From Coriobacteriales bacterium (GTDB lineage Bacteria; Actinomycetota; Coriobacteriia; Coriobacteriales; UBA8131): a stretch of DNA of 39,342 nucleotides. The notes below the pieces were generated by a model. It saw only the letters and a program-made list of their open reading frames with translations. It ran no database searches and was not told the origin of the DNA. Every line of letters starts with the position of its first letter. The first letter of the stretch is position 1. Below are positions 11,791 to 18,553 of the stretch, in pieces. The stretch spans positions 1-39,342 of the forward strand of contig JAISUQ010000179.1 in NCBI GenBank assembly GCA_031272005.1, read 5' to 3'. The position numbers and the translations under genes are program-made.

Positions 11791-12414
11791 ATGAACATCG
11801 TTCTTCTGGGAGCCCCGGGGGCCGGCAAGGGAACACAGGCCGCCAAACTGGTTGCGGAATATGATATTGCTCACATCTCCACTGGCGACATCCTGCGTGC
11901 GGCGGTCAAGGCTGGCACGCCGCTGGGGCTGGAGGCCAAGCAGTACATGGACGCCGGCGAGCTGGTGCCGGACTCCGTGGTTATCGGGCTGGTCAAGGAG
12001 CGCCTGCAGGAGAAGGACACCGACAAGGGCTTCATCCTCGACGGCTTCCCGCGCACCACGACTCAGGCGGTAGCCCTTTCCAGCGAGCTCTCGGAACTCG
12101 GGCGCGACATCGATGCGGCCATCGCCGTGATTGTCGACCCGGAAGCCATCGTCAAGCGCCTGACCGCCCGCCGGCTCTGTAAGGCCTGCGGCTACATCGG
12201 CAACGCCGATGACGCCACCTGCCCCCAGTGTAGCGGCGAGATGTACCAGCGCGACGATGACAAGCCCGAGACGGTACGCAATCGCCTGGACGTCTACGAG
12301 CAGGCCACAGCGCCGTTGATTGACTACTATCGCGGCAGCGACCTGCTGGTCGAGGTGGATGGCGACAGGCCCGTGGATGAGGTCTTTGCGGCCATCAAAA
12401 AGGCGTTGAAATAG
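11791..12414 (+). CDS. adk: Adenylate kinase with zinc-binding LID
   Basis: P-loop GAPGAGKGTQ, HISTGDILR, GFILDGFPRT, LID CKAC...CPQC, QRDDD. Start at ATG 11791 after GGGAGG. Confidence 0.97.
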   Translation: MNIVLLGAPGAGKGTQAAKLVAEYDIAHISTGDILRAAVKAGTPLGLEAKQYMDAGELVPDSVVIGLVKERLQEKDTDKGFILDGFPRTTTQAVALSSELSELGRDIDAAIAVIVDPEAIVKRLTARRLCKACGYIGNADDATCPQCSGEMYQRDDDKPETVRNRLDVYEQATAPLIDYYRGSDLLVEVDGDRPVDEVFAAIKKALK

Positions 12415-12457
12415 TGCAGAGCCGCTGCGACGCGGCAGCACAGCGGCACAGGCAGGC

Positions 12458-12484
12458 AATCCAGGTAATCCAGGTAATCCAGGT
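12458..12484 (+). repeat. 9-bp tandem repeat (AATCCAGGT)x3 immediately upstream of map
   Basis: Three perfect copies at 12458, 12467 and 12476. GTG start at 12490. Confidence 0.9.
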
Positions 12485-12489
12485 CCGAA

Positions 12490-13242
12490 GTGATTATTCT
12501 TAAAACGGCAGAGCAAATCGAAGCGATGAAAGAGGCCGGCAGGGTATCGGCCAAGGCTTTACGCAAGGTCGGCGAGCTGGTGCGCCCGGGTATCTCCACC
12601 CTGGAATTGGATCGCTTTGCGGAGAACCTGATCCGTATGGAGGGAGGCACGCCGGCCTTTCTGGGCTACAATGGCTTCAAGGGTTCAATCTGCGCCTCGG
12701 TCAACGACCAGATTGTCCACGGTATCCCCTCGGCTGACGTTATCCTGCGCGAAGGCGACATCATCTCCATCGACGTCGGCGCCATCATCGGCGGCTGGGT
12801 GGGCGATAACGCCGCCACCTTTGCCGTGGGCCAGATTGCCCCGGAGACCCAGCGCCTGATGGACGTCACACTGCAGAGTATGTGGGCCGGAATAGACGCC
12901 GCCCGCCCGGGCAACACCTTAGGCGACATCGGATACGCTGTGCAGCACGTAGCCGAAGGCGCCGGCTTTGGCGTGGTCCGCGAGTATGTGGGTCATGGGG
13001 TAGGCCGCAAGATGCACGAGGATCCCAACGTCCCCAACTTCGGCAAGAAGGGCCGCGGCACTCGCCTCAAGGAGGGTATGGTGCTGGCCATCGAGCCGAT
13101 GATCAACGCCGGCACCCACCGCACCAAGGGCCCCTTCGCCGACGGCTGGGCCGTCTACACCGCCGACAACAAGCCCTCCGCCCACTTCGAAAGAACCATA
13201 GCCATCACCAAAGCCGGCCCGCTGGTCCTGACCGCGGAGTAG
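12490..13242 (+). CDS. map: Type I methionine aminopeptidase
   Basis: SICASVNDQIVHGIP, DIISIDVG, GDNAAT, GHGVGRKMHEDP, AIEPM, SAHFE. Confidence 0.97.
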   Translation: MIILKTAEQIEAMKEAGRVSAKALRKVGELVRPGISTLELDRFAENLIRMEGGTPAFLGYNGFKGSICASVNDQIVHGIPSADVILREGDIISIDVGAIIGGWVGDNAATFAVGQIAPETQRLMDVTLQSMWAGIDAARPGNTLGDIGYAVQHVAEGAGFGVVREYVGHGVGRKMHEDPNVPNFGKKGRGTRLKEGMVLAIEPMINAGTHRTKGPFADGWAVYTADNKPSAHFERTIAITKAGPLVLTAE

Positions 13243-13641
13243 GCAGCCTCGCCAAACCAAGTGCAAGCTGCGCTGCTCAGCGGCTGCGCCGCTTCGGTAT
13301 GTCAGCTGCCGAACTGTCACCCGGCATAGAGCCTCAGCTCCACGCGCCTGCATCAAACTCACCATAACACCCCACGCCAAGCCTGCAAATCTGCGGTCAA
13401 TTCTTCAGTCAGTGTTATGTTTGGCAAGCAAAGTACCCCATAGAAGGCAATATTGTACAAAATGAAATATAGGAGTGCAAAAATTACTGAATTTAGTTTA
13501 ATATAGGGCAATAATAGCGTATTTTGGCGGAACTTTGCCACACTCCTATCTCAGAGTGACCCTTGATTGAATGCGAAGCAAATGTTTCAATGAACGCTCC
13601 GAGCAACAGGGAGAGTGCTTGGTGCGATGTAAGGGGGACGG

Positions 13642-13878
13642 GTGCAAACCGTGCGGGATTTGCTGCGTCGGCAGGTGCTTTTACCTGCAGTGCTACTCTC
13701 CGCCATCCTCTCGGCATCCTCAACAATCGTATTGCCGATCCTGATCGCCAATCTGCTCAATGGCTTTGAAGCCAAAACAGCCCTACTGTTCGCCGCAACC
13801 TCGCTGGCTGTACTGATCGAGTTAACTACCATAAGCAACGCCCCTGCTTTACCAGCTCTTTGTCTGGAACAGCCATGA
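13642..13878 (+). pseudogene. Short hydrophobic ORF; possible truncated N-terminus of an ABC exporter permease
   Basis: GTG start with AAGGGGG SD. Two hydrophobic segments (VLLPAVLLSAILSASSTIVLPILIANLL; ALLFAATSLAVLI) resemble TM1-TM2 of ABC exporters. Ends after 78 aa. Confidence 0.35.
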
Positions 13879-14032
13879 GATGACAATAGGAACTTGAGAG
13901 ATATCTAACTGGACTTTGACAATTAGACAGTAGCATCAAGTGAGCTACGCACCAATCTCAAGTCCTGAGGCGATATACCCGGGAAGACAACGATTAAAGC
14001 TTGAGGTTGCAATCTGCACCCAATCTGCTGGA

Positions 14033-14074
14033 TGTCATTACCGGACTTGTCCCGGAAATCCAGTGGCAATGACG
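14033..14074. repeat. CGTC-type REP-like palindrome (internally deleted pair)
   Basis: TGTCATTACCGGACTTGTCCCGGAAATCCA has an inner CCGG...CCGG stem. It is followed by GGCAATGACG, the reverse complement of CGTCATTGCC. Confidence 0.5.
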
Positions 14075-14123
14075 AACGGGTGTGGAATCAAAGCCTTGCA
14101 AGCCTTCTGCAACAGCATGCTAA

Positions 14124-14735
14124 TCTGCGTTTCCCCTGGCTAATTGCCACAGCGCCGGCGCCTCTGCCACAGAAGCCACAGCAGCCAGAGATAAGGCCAT
14201 CCAGGACGAGTACTTCAATTTGCCGATATACCTGCTGGCAGACACTATTGGTGCTGTGCCTGTTTCGCAGGCGGCAAGGACCATTAAGGGTGCAACGACA
14301 CCCAGTAGAAATGTCTTTGCTATCTCCAACAATATGGATTTATCGCTTGATGGCGCAGTTGTTTCGGCAAAGAATATTACATTGGTTTCAAAAAGCGCAA
14401 CGCAAAGTAGTCGAGATACTCTGCGGGCTGCCTTTGGTGGAAATACAACGTCAAAGACTTCCAGCGCTGCCGCAAGTGCGACATCGGCTTCCGGGAAGTC
14501 TCTGAGCATCGATGACCCCCTCTTTGTTCGATGGTTGAACTCAGGGACAGAAGATACGGGAGTATACCTTGCTGGAAGTGTCGAAAAGAAGGTTGAATAT
14601 GACTCCGAAGCTGACCTGTTCAATGTCTTCTCCACAAACGTTGTTGCCATGGAAAGACTCACCACCGCTCTTCAGGAACTCTGTGACAATGACCAGCTTT
14701 TCGAGGAAGTGTTGATGCGCATTGAGTTGCCGTGA
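14124..14735 (+). CDS. Hypothetical protein or C-terminal gene remnant
   Basis: Frame is open from 14124 to TGA 14735, and the first start codon is TTG 14220 with a weak SD. Ser/Thr/Ala-rich middle and acidic C-terminus. No family recognised. Confidence 0.4.
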   Translation, partial: SAFPLANCHSAGASATEATAARDKAIQDEYFNLPIYLLADTIGAVPVSQAARTIKGATTPSRNVFAISNNMDLSLDGAVVSAKNITLVSKSATQSSRDTLRAAFGGNTTSKTSSAAASATSASGKSLSIDDPLFVRWLNSGTEDTGVYLAGSVEKKVEYDSEADLFNVFSTNVVAMERLTTALQELCDNDQLFEEVLMRIELP

Positions 14736-14897
14736 AGGGATGAATGCTGTCCTGATAGCGCAAGCAATTGCTTATAGCCAGCTATTACCGCCTGCGGAAT
14801 ACCGGGATTATCCGGATAACGTGGGCATGGGTGGGGGTTTTTCGGATATACTGAAAGCGTATAATGTCAGGCTTTGAATCTCCAGGGGGAGTTCGAC

Positions 14898-15731
14898 ATG
14901 ACGACCAGAAAACATGCCCTGCTGCTGTTCTCCAAACCGCCTTTGCCAGGGGAGGTTAAAACCCGTTTGACGCGGGAGAAGGGTGGACCGTTCTCGGAGG
15001 AGGAGGCGGCGGAGATTTTCCGGCGTACGATGTTTGACGTCTCAGAGCTGTGCTGCCTGGCTCTGTATGAGATGGAGCAGGAGAGCAAAGCCGAGGTGGC
15101 CGCCAACCCGGCGGCTGCCCCCAAGAGTTACGATTTCTTTGTATCCACCACGCCGGTGGAGAATGTGGAGATCATCAAGCACACCTTTGAGGAGATTGGC
15201 GAGTGGCCACGGCACTTCACCTACATTGCCGACCGGGGCCGCAGCTATGACGAGCATCTGCAGGATGCCTTTCAGCAGATCTTCGACCTGGAATACGACA
15301 GCGTGCTGTATGTGAGCCCGGATGCGCCGCTGCTGCCACGGGAGCATGTGCTCAACGGTCTGCGCTGGTTGGATTACTTCGGCCAGACCAGCAGTGTCGG
15401 TGGCGTGGTGCAGGCCACCACCCAGGATGGCGACGTCTGCCTGATTGGCTGGACGCGCAATGCCGACATCGATCATCTCGATGTCACCAGCGACCAGCGC
15501 GGCCGGCCACCGCTGGACATCTACCTGGGTAAGGCGGCGGATAAGGGCATCCCGCTGATTACCTTGCCGCCGGTGTTGGGCTTTGACGACATCAATGATT
15601 TCGCTCAGACGGTGACCCAAGCCCGGGCTCTGCGCTACAGCCAGAAGTACCAGCCCGACCTCTACCTGCCAATCCGCTTTCTGGATTGGGTGGACTGGCG
15701 CGGCATCAAGGTCGGCAACCCCCCGGCCTGA
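14898..15731 (+). CDS. DUF2064 family protein (GT-A/nucleotidyltransferase-like, TIGR04282-like)
   Basis: N-terminal LLLFSKPPLPGEVKTRL signature, PDAPLL, DGDVCLIG, FDDINDF. ATG 14898 follows AGGGGGAG; TATAAT at 14860-14865. Confidence 0.75.
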   Translation: MTTRKHALLLFSKPPLPGEVKTRLTREKGGPFSEEEAAEIFRRTMFDVSELCCLALYEMEQESKAEVAANPAAAPKSYDFFVSTTPVENVEIIKHTFEEIGEWPRHFTYIADRGRSYDEHLQDAFQQIFDLEYDSVLYVSPDAPLLPREHVLNGLRWLDYFGQTSSVGGVVQATTQDGDVCLIGWTRNADIDHLDVTSDQRGRPPLDIYLGKAADKGIPLITLPPVLGFDDINDFAQTVTQARALRYSQKYQPDLYLPIRFLDWVDWRGIKVGNPPA

Positions 15732-15783
15732 GTCGGAGGCGCGACGCGGGAGGCATTGATTCATCCCAACAATTGCGCTCCTT

Positions 15784-15807
15784 GTGGGGGCGGGTTTGAG
15801 ACCCGTT
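15784..15807 (+). repeat. Degenerate GTAG-type REP-like hairpin between convergent genes
   Basis: GTGGGGGCGGGT-ttgag-ACCCGTT, stem CGGGT/ACCCG. Confidence 0.3.
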
Positions 15808-15913
15808 ATTGCAGTGTGAGGTGATGTTGCCGGCTGGGCAGCGCGTGATGGGCTGCGCCTCCCGGAGGGCCAGGGTTACCAATGGCAATGTCATGTTTAA
15901 GCAGCGTGTGCCG

Positions 15914-17032
15914 TCAGGGCAAGAATGGCACCGGGTTGACGGCTACGCCGTCAATCTCTACCTGGAAGTGCAGGTGCGGACCGGTGGAGTTACCGGTTGA
16001 GCCAACATACATGATGGTCGTGCCCTGGGTGACGTAAACGCCGGCGGCCGTGCCGGAGGCGAAGGCTGAGGCGTGCATGTACTTGGTGACCACGCCGCCG
16101 CCGTGCATGATCCAGACCCAGTTGCCACCGGAGGAGTTGTACTCCGCCCGCACGATGGTGCCGGCAGCTGCCGCATAGACCGGCGTGCCGGAGGGCACGG
16201 CGATGTCCAACCCGAGGTGCACGGTGCCCCAGCGCGGGCCAAAGCCGGAAGTCCAGGTGCCGTGGCTGGGCAGAGGATAGATGAAGTAGGGCACTCGCCC
16301 CAACTGATCTGAGCTGACTTCACTGCCGCCGTTGTTGGCGATGCGCCGGGCCTGTTCCTCTTCCCAGAGACGGGCCTGCTCGGCGGCCAGCTCCTCCTGA
16401 GCCTGAAGTTCGGCGGCTTCGGCGGAGAGGCGGTCGACCTCGGCCTGCATCTCGGCGCTCTTGACCTCCAGGTCGGCCTTGAGCTGCTCGATTTCCTTTT
16501 CCTTCTCCGAGGCTACGCGCTCCTGCTCGGCGTAGGTGGTCCGGGCTTCCTCGGCCTCGGCCTTGGCATTCTTGGCGTCCTGGACCAGCTGGGCGTCACG
16601 CTCATTGAGGCGGCTGATCATATCCCAGGAGGTGACAAAATCCGAGAAGGTGGTGGCGCCGAAGAGCACGCCCAGATAGGAGGTGTTGCCGTTGCGGTAG
16701 GTCTGGGCGGCGCGGGCGCCCAGCTCGGCCTGGACGTCGGTCATCTGCTGCTCGGCCTCGGCCTCGCGGGTCTCGGCATCCTGCATCAGGGCCAGGGCGT
16801 TCTCGTGCACGGCCACGGCCTCGTCGTACTGGGCATAGACCTCGTTGAGCTCAGTCTGCAGGGCATCAAGCTTCTTGACCATCTCGTCGGCCTCGGCCTT
16901 CTTTTCGGCGGAGGTCACGGCAAAGGCCTGCTGCAGCTTCCAGGGTGCCAGCGCCGAAGCAGCTGCCGTAGCGGCCAGCAGGGCAAAGGCGCGGCGGGAG
17001 AAGAGCTGAGAATACTGTTGTCGTGAGCGCAT
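15914..17032 (-). CDS. Secreted peptidoglycan endopeptidase: signal peptide, PcsB/CwlO-like coiled coil, M23 domain
   Basis: Signal SRRAFALL...AFA. Long heptad region with YLGVLFGATTFSDF. M23 motifs TSGFGPR, HLGLD, YMH, VGSTGNSTGPHLHF. SD AGGAG. Confidence 0.92.
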   Translation of the reverse strand: MRSRQQYSQLFSRRAFALLAATAAASALAPWKLQQAFAVTSAEKKAEADEMVKKLDALQTELNEVYAQYDEAVAVHENALALMQDAETREAEAEQQMTDVQAELGARAAQTYRNGNTSYLGVLFGATTFSDFVTSWDMISRLNERDAQLVQDAKNAKAEAEEARTTYAEQERVASEKEKEIEQLKADLEVKSAEMQAEVDRLSAEAAELQAQEELAAEQARLWEEEQARRIANNGGSEVSSDQLGRVPYFIYPLPSHGTWTSGFGPRWGTVHLGLDIAVPSGTPVYAAAAGTIVRAEYNSSGGNWVWIMHGGGVVTKYMHASAFASGTAAGVYVTQGTTIMYVGSTGNSTGPHLHFQVEIDGVAVNPVPFLP

Positions 17033-17090
17033 CGGTGCTCCTAAGCTGTGTTTGCGTCACATTCAGCGACTGTCATTTTCGCGAAAGTCC

Positions 17091-17099
17091 ATTTTATCA
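17091..17099 (-). promoter_or_regulatory. Extended -10 promoter element for the M23 gene
   Basis: The minus strand reads TGaTAAAAT about 60 nt upstream of the ATG, at the edge of an AT-rich tract. Confidence 0.45.
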
Positions 17100-17320
17100 A
17101 GAAATAGCTAATCTCGCTCGCTATTAACCGGAATGCCACCGTTATGTAACTTGTGTCATTTTGAAGATTCTTTGCTGAACGTGAATCCTGAGAGTGAATC
17201 GTTGGGTTGAAGCAGCTGGTGAATCAAGAAACTTTAACATAATTGTACTAAATTAAATGTAATACTACCGTCTATGGCCAAAATATTAAATTTGCAACAA
17301 TAATATGTACAAAGCGGCAG

Positions 17321-17540
17321 TAATCTCTCAAATATGGAGGCTTGCAGTTTGTGGCCAGGCGCCTTGAAGTGCTGCCTTGAAGAAGAGGTGTATATGCCGG
17401 GCGGGCGCTCTGAGGGCAGGCGCGGGTGCCCGCGCCTGCCCCCAGAACACCCGCCCGGAATATACACCTATCCTTTTTCAAGGCAGCACTTTAACCACCA
17501 GGCGCCTGGCCACGACCTGCATGCTCGCATAATCTCTCAA
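17321..17540. repeat. ~185-bp imperfect foldback palindrome (17340-17524) flanked by 11-bp direct repeats TAATCTCTCAA
   Basis: Centre at 17427/17428. Arms: 17386-17426 vs 17429-17469 pair 37/41, 17364-17385 vs 17473-17494 pair 20/22, and 17351-17363 vs 17501-17513 pair 13/13. Direct repeats at 17321-17331 and 17530-17540. Confidence 0.9.
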
Positions 17541-17602
17541 TTTGCCGGGATTCTCATACGGTTTCATATCCAGTATTTGAAGGTTTATCTGCTGTTGGTT
17601 TG

Positions 17603-17709
17603 GGAAGCGCTGATTTATTCCAACCACGGCAAATCCTGTAGGGGATTGCAGTCCAGTGGACTGCGAATGGCTTCAAACAACGCAGGCTTGGGACCTGCTC
17701 AGCGTTTCC
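17603..17709. mobile_element. 107-bp MITE-like element with IS5-like terminal inverted repeats
   Basis: TIRs GGAAGCGCTGA / TCAGCGTTTCC (10/11). TTTG directly repeated on both sides (17599-17602, 17710-17713). Palindrome GCAGTCCAGTGGACTGC centred exactly at 17656. Confidence 0.5.
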
Positions 17710-17722
17710 TTTGGGAAGCTGG

Positions 17723-18490
17723 TTATTTTGTCTTGCTGGGCAGGAAGCTGCCCAAAACCTCGCCGATGTTCTCGCGGAAGAGCAGGTCGGCGGCCGAATC
17801 GCGCCAGGTTTCGCCTTTGTTTATGACCACCAGGCAATCGCCTCTGAACAGGTTGACCAGGCTGGCAGCCGGATTGACCACCAGTGAAGTGCCGCCGATG
17901 ATCAGCACTTCGGCGTGGCGTACGGCATCGGCTGCGGCCTCCAGAATCGCCGAGTTCAGGGGCTCCTCGTAAAGCACCACATCCGGCTTGATTAGCGCGC
18001 CGCAGCCCGCGCGGGTACACAGCGGCAGGTCGCCCTGCTCCAGCAGATCCAGCAGCTGCAGCAGCTCCTCGGCGTTGTAGGCTGCCCCGCAGCTGGTGCA
18101 GGAATTGCGATGGATGGAGCCGTGCAGCTCCCAGACCGTCTGTGAGCCGGCTTTCTGATGCAGCCCGTCGATATTCTGGGTGACCACCGCGCTGAGATGC
18201 CCGTCGGCTTCCAGCTGGGCCAGGGCCCGATGGGCGGCGTTGGGCACGGCGGCCAGCGCCGGCAGCAGGACCTTCTCCTGATGGAATCTGTAGAACTCCT
18301 CGGGGTGGGCATCGAAGAAGCTGCGGGAGAGCATCTCTTCCGGGGGCCAGGCGAATTTTTGCTGGTACAGGCCGTCCTGACTGCGGAAATCGGGGATGCC
18401 GCTCTCGGTGGAGACCCCGGCGCCGCCAAAGAAGACCACCCTGCCGCTGCCCAGCACCGCTTTGTGCAATTGTTCATATCTCGTATCCAT
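17723..18490 (-). CDS. cobB: NAD-dependent protein deacylase, Sir2/CobB family
   Basis: GAGVSTESGIPDFRS, TQNIDGLHQKAG, ELHGS, Zn ligands CTSC and CTRAGC, KPDVVLYEE, GTSLVVNPAA. Confidence 0.93.
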   Translation of the reverse strand: MDTRYEQLHKAVLGSGRVVFFGGAGVSTESGIPDFRSQDGLYQQKFAWPPEEMLSRSFFDAHPEEFYRFHQEKVLLPALAAVPNAAHRALAQLEADGHLSAVVTQNIDGLHQKAGSQTVWELHGSIHRNSCTSCGAAYNAEELLQLLDLLEQGDLPLCTRAGCGALIKPDVVLYEEPLNSAILEAAADAVRHAEVLIIGGTSLVVNPAASLVNLFRGDCLVVINKGETWRDSAADLLFRENIGEVLGSFLPSKTK

Positions 18491-18553
18491 GATGACTTAT
18501 AATACTACTTGGGGAGTGCCGGTTAAACTGAGGTTTTATGTTGGGAGAGATTC

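Noticed and set aside
12175-12235. Short Zn-LID of adenylate kinase, and CxxC pairs in L24 and S14
   Set aside because: Zinc-binding variants of these proteins are well known in Gram-positive bacteria; not novel.
13243-13640. Search for infA, rpmJ or a tRNA after map
   Set aside because: No matching peptide or cloverleaf. Only small hairpins (e.g. AGCGGC-tgc-GCCGCT, 13279-13293) without a clear U tract.
13969-14004. GDIPGKTT resembling a Walker A motif downstream of the permease-like stub
   Set aside because: Spacing does not fit GxxxxGK[ST], the frame is closed by stops on both sides, and there is no ABC signature or Walker B.
17033-17330. Possible c-di-AMP (ydaO) riboswitch upstream of the wall hydrolase (TCGCTGAAT on the minus strand)
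   Set aside because: Only a short match; the remaining conserved blocks and stems are absent, and the predicted leader is only ~50 nt.
17234-17972. ORFs 17334..17972 (+), 17234..17467 (-) and 17272..17481 (-), two of which share similar peptides (PGG...GRRG.PRLP.E.PPGIYT)
   Set aside because: The similarity is an automatic result of the DNA palindrome. There is no family resemblance, and the + ORF runs antisense into cobB.
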